Shown here: positions 29,252 through 38,970 of the stretch, in pieces | Layout of the letters: every line of letters begins with the position of its first letter | How positions within the stretch are numbered: the stretch's first letter is position 1 | Source of the DNA: an uncultured Alphaproteobacteria bacterium | GTDB lineage: Bacteria; Pseudomonadota; Alphaproteobacteria; CAAHEQ01; UBA3637 | DNA length: 64,000 bases | Reading direction: 5' to 3' | Assembly: GCA_944392555.1 (NCBI GenBank) | Contig: CALXWZ010000006.1 | Coordinates: forward strand, 5,543 to 69,542 | Translations under genes and position numbers: made by a program | The notes under the pieces: generated by a model | What the model saw: only the letters and a program-made list of their open reading frames with translations | What the model was told of the DNA's origin: nothing | Database searches by the model: none

Positions 29252-29911
29252 ATGTCAACAAAAGGCGAAAATTCAACAAATCATACACAATCTTCACAAC
29301 ATAAAGCACAAAATGAGAGCCCAAAATCAAACCATTCATCTTTTGGGCGTAATACACTCCTTGCCTTAGGGGGATTATTTGCACTCGGTGGTTCGCTTTT
29401 CCATGTTATTCAATATGCGTCTCGGAGCAAAAACGAATCAACGAGAATCGGATTGGTTGTAGGAGATTATCTTGCAAAAACACAGGCAGAAAACACAGCG
29501 CTTACACAACGGACACACGAAGCCTCTCAAAACCGCACCTCTTATGAAAAAGAATGTAAGGATATGGCTCTTATCGTTGTGCAACTCGCTGACAAATTCA
29601 AACAAAAATCACCCGAACAAATTATTGACAGAGCCTCTTTTTTATACAAAAAGCAACAAAAAGGGAACCCAAAAGCCGATATTATTTTAGAGGATATGCA
29701 AGCTATTAAACATAATTTTACGGGAACAACAAAAAATCTCAGAAATCTGATGACCTGCTATCACACGTCACCCGAAATACCGTTTTCCGACCACTTAACG
29801 GATTCTGCCGTTGTGCGAGACAGAATTTATCGCTATGAAACAAAAGTGCGCCAATACTTATTGAAAGAATATAACATTATGCAAAAAAGCATGCTTCAAA
29901 ACAGTAAATAA
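29252..29911 (+). CDS. Hypothetical membrane-anchored protein
   Basis: S/Q/N/H-rich N-terminus, a TM segment LLALGGLFALGGSLFHVIQY, then a domain of about 150 aa of unknown family. Confidence 0.6.
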   Translation: MSTKGENSTNHTQSSQHKAQNESPKSNHSSFGRNTLLALGGLFALGGSLFHVIQYASRSKNESTRIGLVVGDYLAKTQAENTALTQRTHEASQNRTSYEKECKDMALIVVQLADKFKQKSPEQIIDRASFLYKKQQKGNPKADIILEDMQAIKHNFTGTTKNLRNLMTCYHTSPEIPFSDHLTDSAVVRDRIYRYETKVRQYLLKEYNIMQKSMLQNSK

Positions 29912-30021
29912 AGAAGGCTTTTGCATAACCCCTTTGCAAAAGATTCTTATTTTTATCTTGCATTTTACAACGAAATAAGCTACAAAGACATTCAGTGTTT
30001 ATTTTTGAAAGAGGGACAATT

Positions 30022-30492
30022 ATGGAAAAAGAACAAAAACAAGCCATCAAAGAATTGGCAGAATTATTGCATGAAAATAATTTATCCGAAATTGATTACG
30101 AATCGAACGGCGTGCATATTCGCATTGTTGGGCCGAAACCCGCTCCCGTCCCACCGACGGTTGCTCCGGTTGCCGTTCCGCCCGTTGCAGGTGTACCGGC
30201 AGTTGCCGCGAACAATCCCGTTCCGGCACCCCGCGCTGAAAAGCCCGTTGTAAAAGCGGAAAATAATTTGGTTTCACCGATGGTTGGTATTGTATATTTA
30301 GCCAAAGATCCATCGTCACCAAATTTTGTTAAAGTAGGAGATACGGTCAGCGTCGGGCAAACAATTTGTTTAATTGAAGCGATGAAAACGTTTAACCCGA
30401 TTAAAGCAACAAAAAGCGGCAAAATTGTTGCCGTATTGGTGGAATCGGGTAGCCCTGTTGAATATAATCAACCATTATTTGAATTGGAATAA
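30022..30492 (+). CDS. accB: Biotin carboxyl carrier protein of acetyl-CoA carboxylase
   Basis: Pro/Ala linker followed by a biotinyl domain with the EAMKTFN biotinylation motif. Confidence 0.9.
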   Translation: MEKEQKQAIKELAELLHENNLSEIDYESNGVHIRIVGPKPAPVPPTVAPVAVPPVAGVPAVAANNPVPAPRAEKPVVKAENNLVSPMVGIVYLAKDPSSPNFVKVGDTVSVGQTICLIEAMKTFNPIKATKSGKIVAVLVESGSPVEYNQPLFELE

Positions 30493-30495
30493 TCA

Positions 30496-31857
30496 ATGTT
30501 TGAAAAAGTTTTAATTGCAAATCGTGGCGAAATCGCTTTACGCATTCACCGTGCCTGTCGTGAGATGGGGATTAAAACGGTAGCCGTTCATTCTACGGAA
30601 GATGCGAACGCCATGCATGTTAAACTGGCTGATGAAGCCGTTTGTATCGGTCCTGCCGCTGCAAAAGATTCCTATTTGAACAAAGCGGCTATTATCTCGG
30701 CAGCGATGATGACGGGAGCAGACGCCATTCATCCGGGTTACGGATTTTTATCCGAAAACGCCGATTTTGCCGAAATGGTTGAAGCGCACGGTATGGTCTT
30801 TATCGGACCGAAGCCGGAAATGATTCGGTTAATGGGTGACAAAGTGACGGCAAAAAAAGCTGCCATTGAATCAGGCTTGCCTGTTGTCCCCGGCTCAGAC
30901 GGAGATGTTAAGACGGTTGAAGAAGCCTTAATGTGGGGCGAAAAAATCGGTTATCCCGTTATTGTTAAAGCGGCAGCCGGCGGTGGCGGTAAAGGCATGA
31001 AAGTGGCAAATAATGCTACCGAAATGGCCGATGCTTTTACATTGGCAAAAAATGAAGCGCGCAATTCTTTTTCAAGCGACGTTGTTTATATTGAAAAGTA
31101 TTTGCAAACACCGCGTCATATTGAGGTTCAAATTATCGGCGATAACTACGGCAATGTTGTCCATTTAGGTGAGCGGGATTGTTCTTTGCAACGCAATCAC
31201 CAAAAAGTGTTGGAAGAAACACCCTCCCCCGCTTTAAATGCGCAACAGCGTAAAGAAATCGGTGAAATTGCCGCAAATGCCATGCGAAAGCTTGGTTATT
31301 CAAATGTCGGGACAATTGAATTTTTGTATGAAAACGGAAAATTTTATTTCTTGGAAATGAACACACGTGTGCAAGTGGAGCACCCGATTACCGAAATGAT
31401 TACGGGCGTTGATATTGTGCGCGATCAATTACGGGTGTCCAGCGGTGCAACACTCGGATACACGCAAGATGACATTGTTTTTTCGGGTCATGCCATTGAA
31501 TGCCGTATTAATGCGGAAAATCCGCAAACATTTATTCCGTGTCCCGGTCGAATCGGGGCTTGGCATACACCGGGCGGATTGGAAGTTCGGGTTGATTCGG
31601 GTATGTATGCCGGTTGTAAAGTTCCGCCGTGCTATGACAGTATGGTTGCAAAGTTAATCGTTCACGGCAGAACGCGCAACGGCGCTTTAATGCGCTTACG
31701 GCGGGCATTGGAAGAATTCGTTATTGAAGGCATTTCAACAACAATACCGTTGCATCAACATATTATCGCAGATCCCGAATTTTTAGACGGGCAGTATAAT
31801 ATTCACTGGCTTGAAAAATTTATCGAGCAACACCGAGATGAAATCGTAGAAGAATAA
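30496..31857 (+). CDS. accC: Biotin carboxylase subunit of acetyl-CoA carboxylase
   Basis: KVLIANRGEIALRI, ATP-grasp loop AAGGGGKGMK, and EMNTRVQVEHP. Confidence 0.95.
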   Translation: MFEKVLIANRGEIALRIHRACREMGIKTVAVHSTEDANAMHVKLADEAVCIGPAAAKDSYLNKAAIISAAMMTGADAIHPGYGFLSENADFAEMVEAHGMVFIGPKPEMIRLMGDKVTAKKAAIESGLPVVPGSDGDVKTVEEALMWGEKIGYPVIVKAAAGGGGKGMKVANNATEMADAFTLAKNEARNSFSSDVVYIEKYLQTPRHIEVQIIGDNYGNVVHLGERDCSLQRNHQKVLEETPSPALNAQQRKEIGEIAANAMRKLGYSNVGTIEFLYENGKFYFLEMNTRVQVEHPITEMITGVDIVRDQLRVSSGATLGYTQDDIVFSGHAIECRINAENPQTFIPCPGRIGAWHTPGGLEVRVDSGMYAGCKVPPCYDSMVAKLIVHGRTRNGALMRLRRALEEFVIEGISTTIPLHQHIIADPEFLDGQYNIHWLEKFIEQHRDEIVEE

Positions 31858-31898
31858 CAGGAGCGGACACACTGGTCCGACAAAACAGGAGAAAACAA

Positions 31899-33329
31899 AT
31901 GGCGCGACAAAACCATGTGGCAGATTTGGAGCATGAAACACTCGTTAAAGTGATTAAGGCGTTTTTAAGTGGTAATTTTTGCGAAAATGTGGCAAAAATT
32001 CCTGCTGAGGCACAAGAAATATCTACTGTCAACAAAACACTTACCGAAATGCAAAATATGACTGCACATCGCTGTGCGGCGGATATGGGGTGTATTGTTG
32101 AGAATGTGCCGGATACCGACACGCGTAAATGCGCCGAAAATGCATCAAAGCGCACGTCATTTGATATGCCTGTATTAAGTGTATCCAAAGAAGCCTGCAA
32201 TAAATGCAAGAACAACCAATATATCGTGACGGAGCAATGTCAAGGTTGTTTGGCGCGCCCTTGCACAAATTGTCCGTTCGGAGCAATTGAGTTTATCAAC
32301 GGGAAATCGCATATCAATCAGGAAAAGTGCAAAAAATGCGGTATTTGTGCGAAATCATGTCCGTATGGTGCTATTTTGAAGATGACGATGCCGTGCGCCG
32401 GCGTTTGTCCTGTTGATGCCATCAGCAAAAACGAAGAAGGTGTTGCCGTTATCGACCACGATAAGTGTATTTTATGCGGTCAATGTTCGGCAGCTTGTCC
32501 GTTTGGTGCCATTATGGTTAACAGCGAAATTATTGACGTGTTAAAAGCAATTAAAGCGGGTAAAAGGGTTATTGCCATGCCGGCCCCTGCCATTATGGGG
32601 CAATACAATGCAGCAACAATCGCACAAGTTTTATCAGCCTTCATCAAAGCAGGTTTTTCGGACGCTATTGAAGTGGCGGTAGGGGCTGATATTACCACAC
32701 GCAATGAGGCGCATGAGCTGGCGGAACGGTTGGCAAACGGTGCTCCGTTTATGACAACATCATGCTGTCCGGCTTACTATAACGCCGTTCGGAAACACTT
32801 TCCCGAAATGCAAGAATTTGTATCACATACATTAACACCGATGCAATATACAGCGCGCTTACTCAAAGAACGCGATCCGGAATGCGTAACGGTATTTGTC
32901 GGGCCATGTATGGCAAAACGCATTGAGGGGTATAACGATGCATACACGGATTATGTTTTAAACAACAAGGAAATTGTAGCCTTATTTGAAGCTATGGGGA
33001 TTGATCCGAAAGAAACGGAAGAAATTCATGCTGATGATAACGCTTCTAAACAAGGGCGTGGTTTTGCCATTACGGGCGGAGTTGCGGCTGCTGTTAGTTC
33101 GTTAAAAACATGCGAAGTTTGTCCGGTAGCCATTAACGGCTTAACAAAAGAAACCGTGCGCCAACTCAAAATGTATGCGAAAAACCGCAAAGCAGACGGG
33201 AACTTAATAGAAGTCATGGCGTGTGCCGGCGGTTGCGTCGGCGGACCGGGTGTAGCAGCACCGATTAAGAAAGCCACAAAAGAAATTCAAGACTTGATGA
33301 AAACAAGTGAAGACTTGAAAGACTACTAA
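31899..33329 (+). CDS. [FeFe]-hydrogenase catalytic subunit with N-terminal ferredoxin-like 4Fe-4S domains
   Basis: H-cluster motifs TSCCPAY, GPCMAKRIE and EVMACAGGCVGGPG. Several CxxCxxCxxxCP clusters (CKKCGICAKSCP, CILCGQCSAACP). Confidence 0.8.
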   Translation: MARQNHVADLEHETLVKVIKAFLSGNFCENVAKIPAEAQEISTVNKTLTEMQNMTAHRCAADMGCIVENVPDTDTRKCAENASKRTSFDMPVLSVSKEACNKCKNNQYIVTEQCQGCLARPCTNCPFGAIEFINGKSHINQEKCKKCGICAKSCPYGAILKMTMPCAGVCPVDAISKNEEGVAVIDHDKCILCGQCSAACPFGAIMVNSEIIDVLKAIKAGKRVIAMPAPAIMGQYNAATIAQVLSAFIKAGFSDAIEVAVGADITTRNEAHELAERLANGAPFMTTSCCPAYYNAVRKHFPEMQEFVSHTLTPMQYTARLLKERDPECVTVFVGPCMAKRIEGYNDAYTDYVLNNKEIVALFEAMGIDPKETEEIHADDNASKQGRGFAITGGVAAAVSSLKTCEVCPVAINGLTKETVRQLKMYAKNRKADGNLIEVMACAGGCVGGPGVAAPIKKATKEIQDLMKTSEDLKDY

Positions 33330-34125
33330 TCGTTCGCTAAACAGAAAACAACTCGTTGCATCGGTTATCCGTCATCTTAAAAGATAACGGTTAGAAAATA
33401 CTGCGGAATTTGCCGTAGGGGATTTGTTTTTTCTTATAAGAAACGCAAGTACATACATAAAAGTATTCCATTGCCGACAAAGGTTTCCGAAGAATTTCGG
33501 GGGCAAGGAGTTATATTCACCATAGCACAGCGATTATCGGATTATGTGACAATTCTAAAATACAAATATATCTTCATAAACACTTTTATAAAATCAATCA
33601 ACAACTCATCCTAAAAGTATTATCTAACTCCCTAAAAACAAAAACACCCATAAAATAATTTCAAACCAATAAAAATAACAAATTGCCCAGATAAAAAAAA
33701 TATAATATACCGGCTTTATTAAGAAAATTAGATTGAAAAAAAATCAAAGTTCAAAGTTGGATTCATCGGCAAAAATAGCGAATTAAAAGAAAAAGGCGTT
33801 ATGTCAGAAAGTGAATTTTTGAATGAAAAAGAATAAAATAGTGTAGCATATTAAAAAGTAAAAGGTATTAAAGGAGGTATGAATATGACGGCTTATAAGG
33901 AAACGGATGATAATGCAATATCCGAAAAACGTCCTTTATTGGCTTTTGCAATATCATCATATTCTATATCGGCATAAGCCTCGTTTTTCTAATGCATTCA
34001 TTTCCGGATAAAAGCAAAGCGGAATAAAGAAATAACTTTTTTTGTTTGTTTCTTTTTGAAAATAGGGAGTTATCATTCTAAATATAGCAACAGATAAAAA
34101 AATAACCTTTTTTAAAAAATATCTC

Positions 34126-34152
34126 TTGCATTTTGAGAAAAAAAGAATATAA
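34126..34152 (+). promoter_or_regulatory. Putative tRNA-Lys promoter (TTGCAT ... TATAAT)
   Basis: -10 TATAAT at 34147-34152, 20 nt before the tRNA 5' end. TTGCAT at 34126-34131 gives a short 15-nt spacer, hence the low confidence. Confidence 0.35.
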
Positions 34153-34171
34153 TGGAAAACAGAATTCGGTG

Positions 34172-34247
<76 letters not shown>

Positions 34248-34251
34248 AATT

Positions 34252-34283
34252 TACCCTTGTTCTATGAACAAGGGTATTTTTTT
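34252..34283 (+). terminator. Intrinsic terminator after tRNA-Lys
   Basis: 10-bp stem ACCCTTGTTC/GAACAAGGGT with a 3-nt loop, followed by T8. Confidence 0.8.
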
Positions 34284-34551
34284 TGATTGAACCATCATTC
34301 CTCAGTGCGGTATTAAAAATCCAAAAATGTTCTGTTGTTATATCTACCTGTTTCGGGACTTCTTTCTCGCACGATGCTGAATGGATATGTATGAACGCTT
34401 ATCCTCCTTGGATCGCCACACTCTGCTTTATCGGTGTTATAAATCAGTGATAAACAAGAAACAAACATATAAAACCGTCGCCCCAAACAGATAAAGCATA
34501 AAACAACACAAACGAGGGTAAAGAACTTTTACATATATTATCCCCAAATAC

Positions 34552-34590
34552 AAAAAAGGGCTTTTAAAATAAAAGCCCTTTCTCTTTTTG
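34552..34590 (-). terminator. Intrinsic terminator after secF
   Basis: GGGCTTTT-aaaat-AAAAGCCC hairpin. The T-run on the minus strand corresponds to the A6 at 34552-34557. Confidence 0.7.
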
Positions 34591-34603
34591 CGGTTGATTA
34601 GGT

Positions 34604-35512
34604 TTACGCCGTCGGACCTTTCACTTCTTGCGCAACCGTGCGAATGTCAAAGCGACACAATACGGGGACACCGACGAAAATAGAGGAATATGTCCCTAAA
34701 ATCGTTCCCCAAACCATTGCGCGCGAAAATCCTTGCAACGAATCTCCGCCAACAAATAATAATACCAGCACAACAAATAAGGTTGTCAAACTCGTTAAAA
34801 TTGTGCGCGAAAATGTTTCGTTGATACTTCTGTTTAAGATACTATCAATGCTTTCTTTACGGAATTTCCGCAGATTTTCACGAATACGGTCGTAGGTAAC
34901 GATTGTATCATTACAATCATAACCGGCCAATGATAAAATACCGGCCACAACCACCATGTTGAAATCCCAACCAAACAGAGCAAATAAACCGACCACAATA
35001 ATCAAATCGTGCGCCAAAGCCAACATACATCCAATGGCAAACGGCCATTCAAACCGAAACCAGATATATACGGAAATAGCCACAAGCGCCAAAATGGAAG
35101 CTAACAAACTCTTTGTTTTTAATTCTTCCCCGATTGTCGGACCAATCACCTCAACCCGTTCATACTTATAGCCCGTGCCGAGTTCTGCTTTAATTTGATT
35201 GACAACCGTTGCACCCGTTTCGCCTTCACGCGGTTGGCATTGAATTAAAATCATATTGCCGTCAACGCCGGACGATTGAATGGTAAAATCTTTCAAGAAA
35301 GATAAACGTGAACGCATTTCCTGCATATCAAACGTTTTATCCGATGAAACTTCCACGAGCACACCGCCTTGAAAATCAATTCCGTAATTCAATCCGCGAA
35401 TACTGATAGCAGCAATGCTGACAATGAGCATAATAACGGACAATGTATATCCGATATAACGCATTTTAATAAACGGAATATTAAAATTTCTTTTTCTAAA
35501 TAATTTTTTCAT
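34604..35512 (-). CDS. secF: Protein translocase subunit SecF
   Basis: Six-TM SecF topology (GIDFQGG motif). Immediately downstream of secD. Confidence 0.9.
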   Translation of the reverse strand: MKKLFRKRNFNIPFIKMRYIGYTLSVIMLIVSIAAISIRGLNYGIDFQGGVLVEVSSDKTFDMQEMRSRLSFLKDFTIQSSGVDGNMILIQCQPREGETGATVVNQIKAELGTGYKYERVEVIGPTIGEELKTKSLLASILALVAISVYIWFRFEWPFAIGCMLALAHDLIIVVGLFALFGWDFNMVVVAGILSLAGYDCNDTIVTYDRIRENLRKFRKESIDSILNRSINETFSRTILTSLTTLFVVLVLLFVGGDSLQGFSRAMVWGTILGTYSSIFVGVPVLCRFDIRTVAQEVKGPTA

Positions 35513-35524
35513 TGCTTTCTTCCC

Positions 35525-37093
35525 TTACAAATCAATCTTTTTCGGTTTACGAACGGCAACCCATGCCGAAAGCAAAACTTTATTGAACGATAATGCGCCG
35601 AACATGGTTGTTGCCAAACCTAATCCCAACGTAATGCCGAATCCGCGAACGGAACCCGAGCCTAACATAAACAAGAATAAGGCGGCAAAAAGAGTTGTCA
35701 ACTGTCCGTCAAAAATAGCGGAAAAAGCGCCGTCAAAACCCCGTTGAATAACTTCTTTCGGAGCCGTTACACCTTTTTGCATTTCTTCTTTCATTCGTTC
35801 AAAAATCAGAATATTTGCGTCAACCGCCATAGCAACCGTTAAAGCAATACCGGCCAAACCGGGCAATGTGAGTGTTGCATTCAACAGGCTTAATAAGGCT
35901 AATAAAATAATACCGTTGACGATTAAAGTAATATCTGCCAAGAATCCGAAGAAACCATACACAATAACCATAAAAATCAATACGGCAACCAAACCGATAA
36001 TGCAAGCATTTGTGCCCGCTTTAATCGAATCTTCTCCAAGCCCCGGGCCGACAACCCGTTCTTCTGCCACAATCAACGGCGCAGGCAACGCACCCGAGCG
36101 CAACAACAAGGCTAAATCATTTGCACTTTGCACGGTAAAATTACCCGAGATGATTCCCTGCCCGCCCGTAATCGGACTATTGATAACCGGCGCACTAATG
36201 ACCTTACCATCTAACATAATGGCTAATCTGCGACCGACATTCTCACGCGTGGCATTACCGAATTCCTTTGCCCCTGACGCATTAAATTCAAAAGCAACAA
36301 CCGGTTCACCATGTTCGCCGTAGCTCTGTTTTGCCGATTTAAGTTCACCGCCGTTCACGATCACACGCCGTTTTAAAACGATGTAGCCTGTTTCATCACC
36401 CGTTGCCAACATAGAATCAGGCGAGAGTTTTCCCATTTGAGCCATTTGCGGAGACGTTTCTTCATCAACTAAATGGAACGACATTTTTGCCGTTTTCCCC
36501 ATAATGGCTTTAATTTCGGAGGGATCTTGAACGCCCGGTAATTGAATCACAATTCGGTCCGTTCCCTGCTGTTGAATGAGCGGTTCTTTCGTGCCGAGTT
36601 CATCAATCCGTTTACGCACAATTTCCAACGATTGCGTTACGGCTTTGCGTTCCATTTCTTCCAATGCTTCAGGGGTATAAGAAACCGTCAAAGCATTATC
36701 ATTAACTTCAATGTTTAAAGCGCTTGTTTCCAGTTTACGAATAGCTTCGCGCGCCAAAGCCACATCGGCCACGTTTAAAATGCGAATATGCATTGCGCCG
36801 TTTTCAACCGTTAATCCGGCAAAACGAATCCGTTGCGCCCGCAATTCGGAACGTGTTAAATCCGCAAGCGTTGTTAATTTTTCTTTGATTAAATCATTTG
36901 TATCAACTTCCATCAACAAATACGAACCGCCTTGCAAATCCAACCCGAGCGTAATCGGTTTAAACCATGCCTGCATCCCTTTCGGCAATTGTTCCAACAC
37001 CGTTTTCGGTAAAAAGTTCGGCAAGGCAAAAAGGAATCCGATGACCACAACCGCAATCACCAATCCCGTTTTAATTTTTGAATATCCAAACAT
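35525..37093 (-). CDS. secD: Protein translocase subunit SecD
   Basis: LGLDLQGGSYLLMEV, a large periplasmic loop and a C-terminal six-TM bundle. Gene order is yajC-secD-secF. Confidence 0.9.
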   Translation of the reverse strand: MFGYSKIKTGLVIAVVVIGFLFALPNFLPKTVLEQLPKGMQAWFKPITLGLDLQGGSYLLMEVDTNDLIKEKLTTLADLTRSELRAQRIRFAGLTVENGAMHIRILNVADVALAREAIRKLETSALNIEVNDNALTVSYTPEALEEMERKAVTQSLEIVRKRIDELGTKEPLIQQQGTDRIVIQLPGVQDPSEIKAIMGKTAKMSFHLVDEETSPQMAQMGKLSPDSMLATGDETGYIVLKRRVIVNGGELKSAKQSYGEHGEPVVAFEFNASGAKEFGNATRENVGRRLAIMLDGKVISAPVINSPITGGQGIISGNFTVQSANDLALLLRSGALPAPLIVAEERVVGPGLGEDSIKAGTNACIIGLVAVLIFMVIVYGFFGFLADITLIVNGIILLALLSLLNATLTLPGLAGIALTVAMAVDANILIFERMKEEMQKGVTAPKEVIQRGFDGAFSAIFDGQLTTLFAALFLFMLGSGSVRGFGITLGLGLATTMFGALSFNKVLLSAWVAVRKPKKIDL

Positions 37094-37102
37094 TTTCTAT
37101 CC

Positions 37103-37447
37103 TTATTTTTTACTGTTCTTTTCTTCTTTATCAATTACTTGCGAAACATAATCACGCACAACTTCAATTTCCGTATTTTTAGCAATTTCAACCGTTAACA
37201 TATCATCTTTCACGGCCGTTACTTTCCCTTTAATCCCGCCGATAATGATTTGGCTACCCTTCACGATACTGTTTAACCGTTCCTGATGCGCTTTCATACG
37301 CTTTTGTTGCGGGCGTAACAACAGAAAATACAATACAACGAAAATTAAAATAATTTGAATTAAAATTTTCATACCGTCGGGCGCTGCCGAATTTGAAACT
37401 TCCGCCGCCGTTTCAACCGTTTGAGCAAATGCTGGTGAAATAAACAT
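37103..37447 (-). CDS. yajC: Preprotein translocase subunit YajC
   Basis: Single TM segment followed by LLRPQQKRMKAHQERLNSI..G..G.V, typical of YajC. Confidence 0.85.
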   Translation of the reverse strand: MFISPAFAQTVETAAEVSNSAAPDGMKILIQIILIFVVLYFLLLRPQQKRMKAHQERLNSIVKGSQIIIGGIKGKVTAVKDDMLTVEIAKNTEIEVVRDYVSQVIDKEEKNSKK

Positions 37448-37619
37448 ATTCTTTCCTTTTCTTCAAAAAATTAAATTACTGATTAAACCCTTTCCGGTTG
37501 CGAAGTATAAAGTTTTGCGAAAAAAAAATCAATCCTTTTTCCGAAAATAATTTGACTTTTATCTCAAATTTTTATACCGTTAAATTCTGTTTTGTTATTT
37601 TTATAAGGGGAAATTCGGT

Positions 37620-38093
37620 ATGAGTGTTCAATTAAAAATTCAATATCTGCCACATTATCAATCAACATGGGAACGAATCCATTATAAGCATACCGATGAT
37701 TCCGGCTTTGATTTACGTGCGGCTATTGACGCACCCGTTCTTTTGAAAGCACATGAAATTTGCCTTATTCCATGCGGTATTAAAATTGAAATGGCCCATG
37801 ATTCATCTACACCGTATTTTTACGAATTGCAAATTCGTGCCCGTTCCGGTCTGGCTTCAAAACACGGAATCGGTGTTGCCAACGGCCCCGGTACGGTTGA
37901 TTACGGATATCGCGGTGAAATTATGGTTCCGCTCATCAATTTCAGTAATAAAGATTTTGAAATTGCCCCCGGTGACCGCATTGCGCAAGGCGTTATCTGC
38001 CCCGTTATACAAGCCGTCATTACCGAAACGGATGCCGTTTCGGATAACTCGACACGCGGTGCAGGCGGATTTGGCTCAACGGGTAATCAATAA
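37620..38093 (+). CDS. dut: dUTP diphosphatase
   Basis: dUTPase motifs SGFDLRA, RSGLASKHGI, GTVDYGYRGEI, GDRIAQ and RGAGGFGSTG. Confidence 0.9.
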   Translation: MSVQLKIQYLPHYQSTWERIHYKHTDDSGFDLRAAIDAPVLLKAHEICLIPCGIKIEMAHDSSTPYFYELQIRARSGLASKHGIGVANGPGTVDYGYRGEIMVPLINFSNKDFEIAPGDRIAQGVICPVIQAVITETDAVSDNSTRGAGGFGSTGNQ

Positions 38094-38172
38094 TTTTAAT
38101 TCTGAGATTTTCATTGACGAGAGATGAATTTTTTGATTAAATAATCCTACTTTTAAGCGAGAGGGATTATTG

Positions 38173-38970
38173 ATGTTTTACTTTGATGCACATTGTCATC
38201 TTCTACCGAGAAAGCAATTTATCAAAGCTTCAAATGCCAGGATAAATTACTTCATTTGTAATGCCACACACCCGCAAAATTGGCATAAGTTGTTGGATAT
38301 TGCCTCAACTTTGCCGGGAATATATCCGTGTATCGGCATTCATCCGTGGTATATAGCCGATTTAAAATCCGATTGGCAGATTAAAATGCAACTGTTGTTT
38401 GATAAATATCCGCATTTAATGGTTGGCGAAATCGGATTGGATACCACAAGACCAAACCTTGCCCGACAAGCCGAAGTTTTTGAATTTTGTTTAAAAACAG
38501 CACTCAAATATCATCGAGCCGTGCATATACACGGGCATGAATCTTGGAGCTTGATTACCGATATTTTAAAATGCTATCCGGGCTTGACTTGTTTATTTCA
38601 CCGCTTTTCGGGAACAGCCTCACAGGCAAAACAACTTTCCGCCATCACAAATGCTTATTTTTCGCTGATGAGCGTTCGCCCTGCCCGATACCTGCCCGCA
38701 GAGAGGATTTTGGTTGAAAGTGATTCACCCGACGGATTGCATAAGCCCGCGCGCGTAATAGAATTGGCTGAACGAATCGGTTTAGATTGGGCGCAATTGG
38801 ACGCAAATTTTTGCCGTTTTCTTGGCGAAACATTGCCGATGAAGGGGGACGCCCCGCATCATTTCCTTACAATGCAAGACGAGCCGATTTCACCGCAAAC
38901 CGAAAACCCAACTGCTCAAACATTTTCAGATAAACATTCGCAACCGATCGATTCGGAGGCAACAAAATGA
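38173..38970 (+). CDS. TatD-family metal-dependent hydrolase
   Basis: FDAHCHL N-terminal metal site, GEIGLD, HIHG and ESDSPD motifs. ATG 38173 has GAGGG 7 nt upstream. Confidence 0.8.
   Translation: MFYFDAHCHLLPRKQFIKASNARINYFICNATHPQNWHKLLDIASTLPGIYPCIGIHPWYIADLKSDWQIKMQLLFDKYPHLMVGEIGLDTTRPNLARQAEVFEFCLKTALKYHRAVHIHGHESWSLITDILKCYPGLTCLFHRFSGTASQAKQLSAITNAYFSLMSVRPARYLPAERILVESDSPDGLHKPARVIELAERIGLDWAQLDANFCRFLGETLPMKGDAPHHFLTMQDEPISPQTENPTAQTFSDKHSQPIDSEATK

Noticed and set aside
30047-30422. Minus-strand ORFs of 91 and 108 aa within accB.
   Set aside because: They are shadow frames of the Pro/Ala-rich linker of the biotin carboxyl carrier protein. The plus-strand frame carries the EAMK biotinylation motif.
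33330-34171. Search for RNase P RNA, tmRNA, SRP RNA or a second tRNA in the long ORF-free region.
   Set aside because: I could find no GGAAAGTCCGG-type, tRNA-like acceptor/T-arm or SRP domain IV signatures by eye. The question remains open pending a covariance-model scan.
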